Of a DNA stretch of 64,000 nucleotides, positions 1 to 12,578 are shown piece by piece. The first letter of the stretch is position 1. Each line of letters starts with the position of its first letter. Origin of the DNA: Entomortierella parvispora E1425 (Eukaryota > Fungi > Mortierellomycota); NCBI GenBank assembly GCA_020891255.1, contig BQFW01000013.1, positions 1,488,001 to 1,552,000 on the forward strand, read 5' to 3'. Below the pieces are notes generated by a model, which saw only the letters and a list, made by a program, of their open reading frames with translations, had not been told where the DNA came from and searched no databases. The position numbers and the translations under genes were made by a program.

Positions 1-223
1 ATGTGTACATCATCGACTCGGGTGTGTTTGAAGAGCATCGCGACTTTGAAGGACGTGCAAGTAACCTCATCAACTTTGTTTCCAGCGAGTCCGACACGGA
101 CACTTGTGGACATGGTAATGGATCGCTACACTGTGTGCCTATGAACACAATCATTCTTCTTAACCTTTTTTCTATACAGCCCTGACGTCTATATGCCAAT
201 TGTTCACATCTCTTTTTTTTAAT

Positions 224-273
<50 letters not shown>

Positions 274-1159
274 GGCACTCATGTTGCTGGAATCGTGGCT
301 GGACGCGCCTATGGTGTTGCAAAGCAGGCCAACATCCTGGCAATCAAGGTCTTGGATTCTGAAGGGCAAGGCTCGACATCCTCAGTCCTGGCTGGCATCA
401 ATTATATGATCCGCCATGCCGCCGCCAACCCCAATCCACGAAAGGTGATCAATATGTCTCTTGGTGGCCAGTACTCTAGACCCGTCAACGATGCGGTCAG
501 GGTGGCAGTGACCCACCACGGCTTACCCTTCTTTGTGGCTGCCGGAAACACAGGTGATGATGCCTGCCAGTACTCACCTGCTGGAGTTGATGAAGCATTC
601 ACTGTTGGAGGGTCTGGTAGAGATGATCGAGCGGGCTGGTATAGCTGCATGGGTTCATGTGTGGACATCTTTGCACCAGGCTCGGGTATTGCATCTGATT
701 GGATACATCATACAGATGCTGCTCATATCCTAGATGGAACAAGGTAAGGAACAAAACACAAGCCTATGGCCACATTCTTGAATGCCAGAGTCTTCTCTAA
801 ACTGAACATTTTCTTTCTCTTTGACCTGATGTAGCATGGCAACCCCGCACGTTACGGGTGTGGCAGCGTTGTTCCTTGGCGCAGGCAGTAACTACAGTAA
901 CCCGCTTGATCTGTACGCGGACCTGGTCCGCCATTCTACCCAGTCAATTATTACAGGCCTCAAGCCGAATGATCACAAAACCACGCGTAACTTATTGTAC
1001 AACAAGCTGGAAGATGTTGTAGAACCTTACATGATCAAACCACAAGATCTGCCCGACGACCACGATGGCGAGGAAGAGGAGATTGCAAATGAGACAGAGA
1101 AGCCCAAGAAGAAGAAGAATGACGAGGGTCGCCGCCACCACCATCATCACCGAGATTAA
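1..1159 (+). CDS. Subtilisin-like serine protease (S8A, proteinase K-like), 5'-truncated by window edge; exons ~1-114, 275-743, 835-1159
   Basis: Catalytic motifs YIIDSG (Asp), DTCGHGTHVAG (His, split by GT-AG intron 115-274), oxyanion VAAGN, and GTSMATPHV (Ser, split by intron 744-834) all join in frame. Confidence 0.95.
227..270 (+). repeat. (CT)n microsatellite, about 22 units, in subtilisin intron
   Basis: Directly visible perfect CT run immediately before the TAAG acceptor. Confidence 0.95.
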
Positions 1160-1379
1160 AAGAAAAAAGAAAGGGTGTTTGTCTTTTTTTTTTTGTAATT
1201 TTGGGTGAGGCAAAAAATAAAATCCTATGTGAAACGTACAAAAACGCGAACATTCCACGTGACCAAAGGCCCGACTTGTACGTGAAATCGTCTTCCCACT
1301 CTGTTGCGGTTGCGCACACTCGACTTTTCTCCTTCAACCGCACTGTCGCATCCATCCCTTCCTCACAGCAAGCCGCATC

Positions 1380-4344
1380 ATGGACCCGACACATCCACAC
1401 CGTTCCTCCAACGATACTTACCCGCAACGGCAACAACAACAGCAACAACCACAGCAACAACCACAGCAACAATCACAGCAACAGCAACCGCAGCCAGGCA
1501 ATACTCCTAATGAGCCAGTGCACTGCTTTTGGGCGCTGATGACCTATGGCGACCTCCGATTCATCTATCTCTCCTCTTCCGTCCAGCGTGCAGTCTCGGC
1601 AAAATACAAGCAGCTTCTGGGCCAGTCCTTCTTTGATTATATCCATCCTGACGAGGCCAAGCTGGCTCGGAAGGACTTGAACGCCTTCATGGATGTCCAC
1701 AACCTTTATGGCAGTGTGACCAGGTAATTCCTTTTTTTTTTTTTTTTTTTGCGGTACTTTGTCAGGGCATTCATTGTCTACCTTCATGCTTGCATGTGCA
1801 GAAAAGCCCTCCCTCTTTTTTTTCTTGGTCCACTACACCATGCTAACGTCATCGTCCATTTGCATTTGCTTAGGTGTCGATTCAAGAATGTATGTCCAGA
1901 GTGGAAACTGCGGAAACAATCAAGGGCTCCGGGCTCCACAAACGCTCCTACAGCAGCCGCACTGCAAGCAGCTGCATCAGAAGGAGGTCTCTCCTCCAGG
2001 GGGTTGGGACAAAACGGTCTTCAACCGAGCGATGGTACAATGGATGGAAAATCAGCACTACAGGAAAACGGACTGGAATGCAAGGATTACGAGGACATCT
2101 TTCCTAATGGCGAAGAAGACGAATTCATCATCCTTGACGTTGTCATGAACGTGGTCAGCGATGAAGTCGTTCTCGGATTCTTCCATATTGACGGTCGTAA
2201 GTGTGATGCCCTGGCTCGTACGCAAACAGGAACAACGCTCAACTCTAACCTAACCATCCGACTTTCCGTGTTGGCGTTTTAATAGAGGGTTTGTACAAGG
2301 GATTTTGGTCCAACGGCATTTGTGGAGAATCAAAGGAGTCGCTGCCGGTGAGTGGACAATCACAATATTGCTATTCGCTTTTAACCATTGCGGGAAGTGC
2401 TCTGTGGTTTGTGTGACTATGGCGGCAGATGGACTGACCAACCGATCGTCCCGGTACCTTTCTTCGGATACATAGACGTTGGCGCCGGAGATCATGAGAC
2501 ACCTACAGGACTCGGTCCGAGCCAAAGCGGCCTCATCACAGCTAGCAGGACTCGGACTAGATACGAATGGAGAAGATGGCTCGTCACCACCGTCTAGTCC
2601 CCTTCGACCACGCTACGAGAACAACAAGACAAAACGCATCTTTCAAATTTACGACTCACATAATCGCAACTTGCTCCTGACCTGGCCCCAACCGGGTCCA
2701 ATCTCGTCAGGACCAGGAACCATGGCTTATAACCCAGACTTATATACCCAGATTGTCAAATCACATCACATTCCCTCGGACGCACTCGAGAATACGACGT
2801 GCTTGAAACGATTCTGCTCCAAGCACGCTCTCCCCAACGTCAGCCAACTTTCTAGCCAGGATGCATCATACCAAGTCGAGTCTGTCTTTATTCCTTATGG
2901 CCACATTATTTTTGCATGCTTTCAAACCTCGCCTTCTACCTCAGTTTCTCACTGGAACACAAGCGCCTCTCCAAACACACTAATGTCATCGGCCCAAAAT
3001 GCATACCTCTCCTCTCCATCACCGGGCACGAGGCTGTTTGCGTCACAGATTGAAGGATCTCCTAGTGACCCACTCTCTAATCTCAGCTCAATGTCTGGCT
3101 CCACGGGACATCTTAGCTCAGCTCTTTTTGGGACTGGAGGCAGTGGTCAGGGTTCTCCGTCTTCGGCTTTGAACTCTCCCCTTGTTATTCCATCCTTGCC
3201 GTCACTCTCTCCGTTTCTGAAGCATGCAGTGCCAGGGCAGGTCGCTATCTCGCCAGCACAAGCCAGTCCATCCATGACCTCCGGCCCCCTGAGAGGCCAA
3301 ACAGTGTCCAACCTTTCTCAGTCGACATTGTACCATCCTTACAAGACCAACAATGGAGTTGCCTCTTCTGCCACACCAACTTCTGCAGCGGCCGCCAATT
3401 TGCCCTTACCAGAATCTATGCAGGAGTCTTTGAGTTTCTTGAGTGACTACAAAATTGGCGAACATGACCGATCACGGGGAGATTCTGCAGGAGGCCGATC
3501 GACATCAGGTTCGAGCGACAGTCAGTCTATGTGGCATGCGTCTACACCCCACCCAGCAATTGCGGCTATGGTGGGGCATGCGTTGTCACCATCATCGCCA
3601 TCTTTTCAGCGGTCAGTGGGTACCAAGGATACCAAGTCACACGATCGCCAAAAGTCATCCCTGGATGGATCTCTATCAGGCAACGAAAGGGAGCGGAAGA
3701 TCCAGAAAGTGTCGGCTTCACCACGCCATCCTGCACACGATGCCGTCATTCGGAAAAAATCAATGTCCTCGACATCAACAGGGTCGTCTTCCCCACCTTC
3801 GCAGCGGGACATGGATTCGAGTGAATTGTCAGGACAGGAGTATGGCAGTGGCGGTGGCGGTCATGGCGTTATGCGGATTCAGCAAGAAGAAAAAGCTTGC
3901 GAGAGCTGTGGCACAACCAACTCACCAGAGTGGCGAAGGGGTCAGTCTGGCAAGAAGGATCTTTGCAATGCCTGTGGTCTGCGGTACTCACGTAGTGTGG
4001 CACGTCTGAACCGGCAAGCTCAGAAGCAACTTGAAGGAAAGGCCAATGGCAAAGTTAAAGGGCCCAAGTCCGGAAAGCCTCCGAAGTCTGGGACCAAAAA
4101 GTCTACAGATTCAGAATTCAACCAGGATCAGCAGCAGCAGCAACAGCCGCAACAACAACAACAGCTACAACAGCAGCAGCATCAACAGCAGCAGCATCAA
4201 CAGCAGCCACAACAACAGGCCAACAACAACCCATTGCAACAAATGCACCAGCAGTTCCAGCAACATTCTTCCGGTTCTGGAGCGTTTCCGTCGATGTTCA
4301 CGACAACGCCTGTGCCCCCACCCTCGTTCTATCCTGGGTCATAA
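1380..4344 (+). CDS. PAS-domain plus GATA zinc-finger transcription factor (White collar-2-like architecture); exons ~1380-1723, 1874-2196, 2286-2347, 2476-4344
   Basis: PAS-like FIYLSSS...LLGQSFFDYIHPDE; GATA finger CESCGTTNSPEWRRGQSGKKDLCNACGLRY at ~3898-3987; polyQ tracts. Internal exon boundaries are approximate. Confidence 0.85.
4129..4260 (+). repeat. CAG/CAA polyglutamine-coding repeat in the PAS-GATA gene (a second one at ~1427-1491)
   Basis: Visible CAG/CAA runs. Confidence 0.9.
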
Positions 4345-4436
4345 TCACGCCTGTTAGTATAACATCTGCCTTGTAATAAAATCATGTAGCTTTATTATTT
4401 TACTTTTCAGTGGCAGCCTGTGAACCAACGACACAC

Positions 4437-7400
4437 TCAAATTCCATGCCGGTGAATGGCTTCCCACTGACGCCTGAGATCTTGTACAGGCTTGGTGTGC
4501 TCCATGTCAATACCGGGCTCTGCCTCGTTCCCGTTTCCCAAGTCGCAAACCGTAACCGTCTCCGCTAGCCTGGCTTTGCCCAGATACCTGGTGGCCTGGA
4601 TAACCTCGGTTGAGATCTCACCCTGTGCCTTGTCTACAACATCATTCTGGGTTTTGGTTGTAATCTCGCTCTGGGCGTTGGTTACTGCTGCCTGAAAATT
4701 GGTTAAAGATATGCAAGAGGTTCGAGTCTTGACAGTAATAACTGCGCTGGTCGTCTTTGCCCAAAACTTTGTCAAATCCGCGACCGATTGCGGTTCCACC
4801 AGCTCTTGGTCCCCAGCATCAGCTTGAGAGCAGTCCATGAAGTGAGACAGAGAGCTGTCTGAAGTCAAGTCTCCGAACGAAGACGCGTCCAAAGAGAGAG
4901 GTTGACCCTTGGCCATATTCTCTTCTTGGACTTGCTGCTTTTGGTACATGAGTTGCAAGGCGCTCTTGCTCTTTGGGAAGAAGGTCGCAGTGGAGCTGAT
5001 CAGTGGCTCATTTGTGCAAGACATCTCGGTAGAGGAAGTCGGCTCGTCCTCTTCAGGAACCGTTTCCAGGTAACAGTCCATGCGGTGTCCACTGAAATGG
5101 CTGCCAAGGCCTCCTCCATCCGCGTTGGATGCCGTTTTCAGTATGACGAGTTCAGGATGGCTGTTGCTGTTGCTCTTCTCTGGCAGAGCCTTTATAGGTT
5201 CCCCTGGCTCGATTTCCACCGGTGCCTCCATAATATGACTCTGGAAAGCGACAGAGGCGAGCTCCAGAGTCTCCTCGATGGTCTTTAGGTCCGTCAAGCG
5301 GTTCATTTCAGAGAAAATGAAATCCTGGACAGAGTCAAGTTTGTCAGCAGGACCATGAATCTTGTAGACTTCCAAGGACTTGTACTTGATGACCTGCTTG
5401 CAGACATAAACACCGTACAGGATCCGGTCCTTGAAGACGGGGTTGGTTTGCCAGAGCGTGAGTCGCATCTCGGTGGCAGAAACACGCTCATAACCATTGG
5501 TCTGCCCCAGTAGGTTCATCCACTTGGGTCCCAGGGCCATGGCAGTGTCACGACTGAGTTTGGAGTCCAGAAGCAGAACTCCGTTAGCGTGATCTCTTTT
5601 CGTAATTGGGTTGAAGAAGCCAATGCAGGTCGCCTTGGGGTATTGGGACATCTTTCGGAACTCGAGATGACAATCTCCAAGAGGGTACCATTCTCGACCT
5701 GCCTCCAAGTGTTCCTCAACCTCTTCCTCGGGCAAGGTGGTGAAGGGTCGAACAGTCTTCTTGAAGACCTGAAGAACCTCGGATCGATCGACTTCAAGAA
5801 GGACATTGTCCGAGGTGATTGGGTATTTGCTCATTAAGCGCCTGTAGACCTTTTCAAAGTTCTCGACCATCTCGCTCGACTGCAATTTGATGATGTAAAG
5901 TCCCAAAAAGCTGATGGTTTCCTGCTCAGCATTGAACTTGATATACATCTGAGGGTTCAGGAATCCGTGACCATAGCAGTCAATGAACTCTGGTGGGTGC
6001 GCAATGTACTCATTTCCCTCTTCGTCCCTCCGCTTCTCCCCAGGACCTCTGGGTCCATAGTTCCGACGGCAGGGCATGTGAAGGGTATAAATGGGGCATT
6101 TCAATCGTTGGAGATCGGCGCTGTCCTCCAGTCCAAATCCGAACTCGCAATTGACGGTCAGGCCAGAACGTGTACAACTGACCTCGGCATTCCTTGCGTG
6201 GATATAGGTGCCTCCTCGGGCATTCATCATTTTCAGAGTTGGCCTGATCATCAGACCGTCGATGGGTACCTTGGGGATATCCCAAATCTCGCACCTGGCC
6301 ATGTTGAAGTGACGCTGGGCCTTCTCTTGGTCGTTACGGGGGATATCTTCGATAGGGAAGAGCTTGGACTCTGGATGGTCAACCTCATCCTCATCGTCGT
6401 CACCGTTTTCAGAGTCCTCATCGTCCAGGGCATTAACGCCGTTCACTGCATTTGCTCTTTTGTGGGGATTGAATGCTCGGCCAACGACCTTGACACAATT
6501 GCCAAGAGAAAGCCATGTGCGACTACTGCTGCCTTCCAGGGCTGGCTCTGGAATGATCTTGGAGGCCAGAGCCGCCAAGTCCACAGCACTGGCTCCAGGA
6601 GTCGCTTGAATAGGGACTTGAGAAGCGAGATATAACTCTTCCACTAGGCAGAGAACAAGATAGAAATGACCTTGACATGAGTTTCCGAGAATTACCACCA
6701 CCATCAAGAGTTACTGCTTGTTAGAAACAAAAGGGGGTATGGTTTACTTTTTTCATCCAACACCCGGCGTGCTGGCGTCGGCTTGGGCTGCTCGATATTC
6801 AGGGCGCGAGCACACTTGATCCAAGCATCGCGATCTTCAGCGGACTTTGCCTGAAGAATATAGGACGTCTCGTTATAAAAGCACAACATGATAATATTGC
6901 GAGATCCGTATTGGGGGTGAACAACATCAGGAGTGGATGAGATTTGAGCATCAATGACCAACACAGGTTCATGGACCAGACGCAGAGACGTGCGAGGGTT
7001 TGCCGGTGCGGAGGCCTTTTTGGCCATGCCAGCCTTGACTGACCTACGGCTGTGCAGTTTCTTGGAAGCCTCTTCGGCTACGGTGATCTCGGGCACGACC
7101 TCACAAAAGTAAACGACCCCGTTGGCTACAATCAATTTGTACTCCTTGGGCGTGGACCTGGTCGGCTTCTTTTTGTTCGGACGTTTTGAGTCTTGGAATA
7201 AAGATGACAAAGACGATGAAGGGATGTACTCGGTGAGGAAACCCTCGTAGACCAAAGTGCAATCCGAAGGAGGAACATGTCGAGCAAAAAGTGGCCCGAT
7301 AGAGCGATGGACAGCAAGGCGATCTTCTTCCGTCGTCAGAGCGTTGCCTTTTGGCAGAGCCAAGGTCGAGTTACGGTAGTCGATTTGTTGATGGAGATGA

Positions 7401-8764
7401 CGCAGGGCCTTGGAGGAGATGTACACCTTCTTGGCCGCTGCATACGCGGGCTGGATGATCTCGTCATTGTAGCGAACAAGGCCATTGATCGATCTGAGCA
7501 TCGAGAACCTGTCTGTGACCATCGCGGCCCTCTTGAACGCTCGGGCCAGAACAGCAAAGGATCGCATCTGCTCGGTCCAATGACTTGAGACGGCCTCTTG
7601 CTGACTCCACAACAAAGGCGACAAGGACGTGTCACCAACAGCCATGGGAGGCTGAGCATCGGTCTCCTCCCCCTCGGTCGCAGAGACAGCCAATGTTTTC
7701 TGTCGACGGAAGAAAAGAGGCTTTTGAGACTTCTTCTTGGCCAAGGTATTAGCAGCGACAACGTGCCAATGTTCCTGATCTTGTTGGACCATGATCTCGC
7801 CCAGATCAGCAATGGAGTGGTGGACGGCGGACCATCTGCTGATCATAGCCTTGGTATCTTCCAATGCTTCGTAAGCAAAGTCAACTAGAGCTCGAATGGT
7901 CTCGTCCAGAGTGGGGACAGATTGGAGATACTGCTCTAGTTTTTGCTGTGCAACGAGTACGCGTGCACATTGTTCCGAGGCCAGTCTAAGTTCAGCGGCA
8001 GCTGACCCGCAAAGGCCTACAATAGACGCCGCCTCAGTCATGGCCCGCATCTCAGTGGCGAGCGACTTGGATTTGTTGAGGTGGTCAGGGAATGAGTAGA
8101 AAGGAATGTTAGATTTGGTGACAAAAAGGCAAGACACAGCACCGTTTGAATCAATGGTTCATAAAGAGCCACCCATAAAGAGCCACCTCGTTACCTTCAA
8201 GTTGGCGATCCTTGAGCGGTAAAGAGTGCTCAGCGCTTCCACAGCTGCAACTTTGACATCCTTTCCTTCTTCAGGAACAACTTCAAGCTTGAATTCGCTC
8301 AAGGTAAACTTGTGCTTCATCAAGAAGTCTTTTTCTTTGATCTAGATCGAGAATAATAATATCAAGTTCCAAAATGAGTCAAAAGGGTAATACGTTATTC
8401 ATGGGGGGAAGGGAGAAGAGCGACCTACAGTCTCCTCGTTCAGCTCTCCTACTTCATCAACAAAGTGAGCGCTGTTATAGACGATGGGTTCACTTGACTT
8501 GAAGGGCTCAACTTCCTCAGTCTTCTCTCTCAGAGATTGGAGATAGTTCTCCCACACCCATTGTCCTCGGGCTTTGAGAAAGGTCTCCCGGTATCTCTCA
8601 GGAATATGTTCTCCGCTCTCCTCGTATGGGTGACAATAGTACTTGGAGGTATCTCGACCCTTTAGAAAGTTCTCAAAGAAGTCGGGTAAGTTGTCAGAGA
8701 AGGTTACAGTGGATTGAATCACACCATTTGGAACCCCGGGAGGAAGACACTTTTTAAAGACCAT
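4437..8764 (-). CDS. Large multi-exon hypothetical protein with a PH domain preceded by a helical region
   Basis: Exons ~8764-8400, ~8345-8195, ~8135-6750, 6645-4437 with GT-AG introns. PH signature LVYEGFL...YKLIVANGVVYFCE...SYILQAKSAEDRDAWIKCA. Confidence 0.65.
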
Positions 8765-9596
8765 GAGAGGAAAAGAGAAGAACGAGGGGATTCGTATACC
8801 GATGGACGTCCAGTGACAAAGGGGAGGAGGAAGGGTGGATATGATATATGAAGAAGGGGCGGCGCGTGTGGAAGAGTGCACGGTATGTTAAGTCAGGTCC
8901 AGGAGTTCGAGTGGTGTTGCGGACAAGATGAGGTATCAGTGCGAAGGTGAGAAAGAGCAAAGAAGCGGAAAAAAAAAGGACTGGAGGGCGAGCAGATGGC
9001 GAGTATGAGTGAAGATGTGGAATATCCCGATGGAGTGCAATTAGAGGGCACTGGAGATGACGATGAGAAGCCAAAAAAAAGGCAATTGTAGCAAAAGAAA
9101 TAGGTAGCACAATGCACTCTCTTAAGAGTCTTAGGAAAGTGTGTCAGTGGCAACGGCGATCCGAATTGGTTTCCGAAAATGCAATGGGGGGCACAGTTAC
9201 CTGTGCATACGTCCAGTCAGAATATTAATATCCCAGGATTGGCACCTCTTCTCTGCCTGGCTGCCTGTTGAGAGCGTTCATCAACCGTTCATCAACCGTT
9301 GATCAGGATGACTTTTGGTGGCCGTCCCGATCTGCACCAAGACCAATCGAAGGCAAAGAAGGTTGAGCTGGGGTTGGAAAGTGGAATAACATCGTATTAA
9401 TATAACTGCTTAATACTTGTCATGTGTTATGACACCTCTTACAAGAGAAGGGCGTCGAAAACCGCCTGCCAGTCCCTGGACAGGATGCACGCGAAGGAAA
9501 TGCACGTGATTCGCGCGAGGGTAGGTCAACAGTCACTATTTTTTCGTAACAAGTTGATTCCGTGCATGCATCTCTCTCATTCCCTACTTCTTCGCC

Positions 9597-10380
9597 ATGA
9601 ACGTCCAAACCATCTTCCGTGCAACTCTTGCTAGAGCACCTGCGCGCGTCTTCAGCTACTCTACGCAAGGTACATGGGCTGGATATCAGTGATAAATTTA
9701 CATCTGTTGAACTCATTATTCACTCTACTTGCACTGTCATATTTTACTTCACGGACAAAAGCCGCGCCAGCTGCTGCTCCTTTGTTGCTCCGCATCAAGG
9801 CTGATGTCAAGGATGCTATGCGTGCCAAAGATAAAGAACGCTTGGCCGTTGTCAAGGTGAATTCATGGATACCGCTCATCTATACTCCCCATCCCTTTCT
9901 TTCAGTTTAATCGTGTAAACCTCCAAAGATCCGTTCCGATCTGGATCTATTGTGCTGACTTTCGATTCTTATACCATTATAAAACGACTATTCTTCGACA
10001 ATTAGAGCATCTTGAGCGATCTGACTTACCTTGAGAAGTCGCCCCAGGCCCCTGCCGAGGTTACTGACTCTGTGATCCAGGTTCTTGTCCAAAAGTCTAT
10101 CAAAAAGCGTCAAGAGTCCGTCTTGTCTTTCCAGAACGCCGGCCGTGCCGATCAGGCTGCTCAGGAGACCAAGGAGATCGAGATGCTGAAGGTCTACCTT
10201 CCCCAAGCCATGACCGAGCAAGAGATGGAAGACGCAATCCGTAAAGTGATCCAAGAGCAGGGCGCCACTAGCGTCAAGGATTTGGGTAAGGTCATGAAAG
10301 AGTTGGGCTCTTTGGATCCTGCCAGAGCTCCCAAGAAGACTGTCAGCGACATGGTCAAGAGGATCCTCTCGTCCTTGTAA
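9597..10380 (+). CDS. AIM41: GatB/YqeY-domain mitochondrial protein (Aim41-like); exons 9597-9669, 9771-9856, 10006-10380
   Basis: Arg/Ala/Thr-rich presequence MNVQTIFRATLARAPARVFSYST; YqeY motifs IKADVKDAMRAKDKERL, KKRQES, EIEMLKVYLP, KDLGKVMK. Confidence 0.9.
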
Positions 10381-10640
10381 AAAGTGCATTCGTTTTTTCC
10401 CTGTAATATAATCTTTTTTTCGATCACTGTCAGCGTCATCTACCCCAGGCACTTACACATGTACACTCTCGGAGTTGACTCGTGTCTTGTGTACACACTG
10501 ATATGCAGCGAATGAGGTTCCAGAACAACAAAAAGAAAACCTGTCAAGAGCAGATTTATGTACAGTACACAAAGAGAAAGGAAGGGAACGACGACGGGGT
10601 TGTTTATTTATAACCAGAGTGCTCATCTCTGCTGCATCGT

Positions 10641-12578
10641 TCACCTTGGTCGCTGAAGGATTCTACTTTGCATTCCGTTGGGAACAGTGGCCTTTTTGTT
10701 GCGAGGGTGGTTGGGATTGAGGGACCTGGTTGACGATGAAGTCGATGTCGAAGTCGCAGTGGAGGGGCCAGGTGAAGGTAAATGGCTTCCTGCAGCATCT
10801 CCATAAAAGGCGCTCAAGGCTACTATAGTCGGGGTCATCATGGAAGAGCCACCTCTTGGAGTTCCAACAGCCGAAGGGTATATGTTATGTGCCCGCGTCC
10901 CTTCAAAGGTCGTCAATGAAGGGGCGTAGGTTGGACTGTCGTGGCTGTATGGTGGAGACATGTACGGGGTTTGACCTAGTAAGTGTTGAGGCATAGGCGA
11001 TACAGGGGATTGCTGAGTTGTGGGAATGCCAAGGTTAAGCTGAAAGACCCTGATAATTTCTTGCAGATCTTGCTGGCGCTCCTTGGGGTTCTCGCTCCAG
11101 GCCTGGTCGTACACAGCATAGTACCAGTCGGGAGTCCCGTCTATCCTGCCTTCTCGCGCGCCAGGGGTATATGCAGACGGATCCTTAAATGGGTATCGAC
11201 CAGCCATCATGAACCAATAGATTACACCCAGGGCAAAGATGTCGCAGGCAAGGTTGTACCGAGGCCTATCGACATCTCTACACATGCGCTCTGGTGCCAT
11301 GAATTGCCACACCCCGCCAAATTGCTGACTTGAGACTTGATTCTTGTAGTCCCGAATCCTTCTAAGCCCGAAATCCGTTAAACGTGCCTGATACCGTCCC
11401 ACCTCGCCGTGTGGTCTTCCATGAAGTGAAGTTCGGTCATCAATCAAGATGTTTTTCGGGTGGAGGTCTCCATGGTGAAAGCCACATCGCAAGAGGTGCT
11501 CCAGTCCCAAAGCAATATCCATAGCCAGATAGAGTTTATCTACCAAATTGACTGGTAACGGGGGGGTTGAACGTGAACGCGGGGATATCAAGTTGGTAAG
11601 ATCGCCGTGTTCATAGTAGCTCATCACCATATGACGCTCGAATCGCATTTGCGGCTGTTGTCCTTGCCCTTCCAGGTCCTGTGGGTACTGTTTCCGAGTC
11701 GCTATTCCATAAAATTTGACAATGTTGTCATGGTCTCCACATCGATGCATAACCTCGACCTCTTTGTCAAACATCGCGGTTAACTTTGCTACTGAATATT
11801 TGGTGCTGAGGAGACTTTTGAGGATGACAAGTGTCTTTTTGGCTGGCCAATACGCCTGCTGAATCTCGCCATTTCCACCTTTGGTCAGGGTCTTAACATT
11901 CAAGAACTCATCGACTTCCATGTAGGCCAAGGGCGTGACATTGGGCGCGGTCGTGTTTGGCACGGAAGCAAAGAAGTACTCGTGGTCTTGGTCTGGGCCA
12001 TCCAAGCCCGCTGCCCCAGCCTGCATCCAGACGTTGCCCACGCCCAGACCTGGTCTATCCGTCTCCATCCCTGGCCCTTGAAAATATTGGACATGACCCT
12101 GGCGAGGAGCCATTTGTGTACCTGTCTGAGACGAAGCGATAGATGAGGTCGAGTGGTCCTCAGAATAGGACAAGCTGGGCATATCAGTTTCGTAAGATGT
12201 CTCCGTTGTAGGAGCCAAGCTATGCCAGTGATGCCGCTGCTGCTCCTGCTGCTGGACAGAGCGTGGGACTGATGGATGCTGGCGGAGTGCGGAGTACTCC
12301 TGTTGCTGTGGAATCTGTCGTTGCTCTGTGAGTCGTTGTTGCGTCTGGTGTCCCTGGTGCTCCTGTTGCTGCTGTCGGCGATTCTGCTCCGCCTGAAGTT
12401 GCATTCTGTGTGCTTGAATGTGGATTTGGTGGTCCTCGAGTGGACGACTGTCCATCTCCATGGAGTCAGAGTCGCCAGCCATTGGACCCGTGTGCGAAAG
12501 TCCGGGAGCAGAGTCCATGTCGACCGAGTCTGTTTGCTGGTAGAGCTCGAACGGAGGCTGACCTGGGAGCATGGTCAT
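10641..12578 (-). CDS. Intronless TKL-like Ser/Thr protein kinase with Gln-rich N-terminus
   Basis: KGGNGEI Gly loop, VILK lysine, HGDLHPKN catalytic loop, DFG, FMAPE, DIFALG. Probable start MTMLPGQ at 12578. Confidence 0.9.
   Translation of the reverse strand: MTMLPGQPPFELYQQTDSVDMDSAPGLSHTGPMAGDSDSMEMDSRPLEDHQIHIQAHRMQLQAEQNRRQQQQEHQGHQTQQRLTEQRQIPQQQEYSALRQHPSVPRSVQQQEQQRHHWHSLAPTTETSYETDMPSLSYSEDHSTSSIASSQTGTQMAPRQGHVQYFQGPGMETDRPGLGVGNVWMQAGAAGLDGPDQDHEYFFASVPNTTAPNVTPLAYMEVDEFLNVKTLTKGGNGEIQQAYWPAKKTLVILKSLLSTKYSVAKLTAMFDKEVEVMHRCGDHDNIVKFYGIATRKQYPQDLEGQGQQPQMRFERHMVMSYYEHGDLTNLISPRSRSTPPLPVNLVDKLYLAMDIALGLEHLLRCGFHHGDLHPKNILIDDRTSLHGRPHGEVGRYQARLTDFGLRRIRDYKNQVSSQQFGGVWQFMAPERMCRDVDRPRYNLACDIFALGVIYWFMMAGRYPFKDPSAYTPGAREGRIDGTPDWYYAVYDQAWSENPKERQQDLQEIIRVFQLNLGIPTTQQSPVSPMPQHLLGQTPYMSPPYSHDSPTYAPSLTTFEGTRAHNIYPSAVGTPRGGSSMMTPTIVALSAFYGDAAGSHLPSPGPSTATSTSTSSSTRSLNPNHPRNKKATVPNGMQSRILQRPR

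Noticed and set aside
8160-8187. 14-nt tandem duplication CATAAAGAGCCACC x2
   Set aside because: Lies in an intron and looks like a simple slippage duplication
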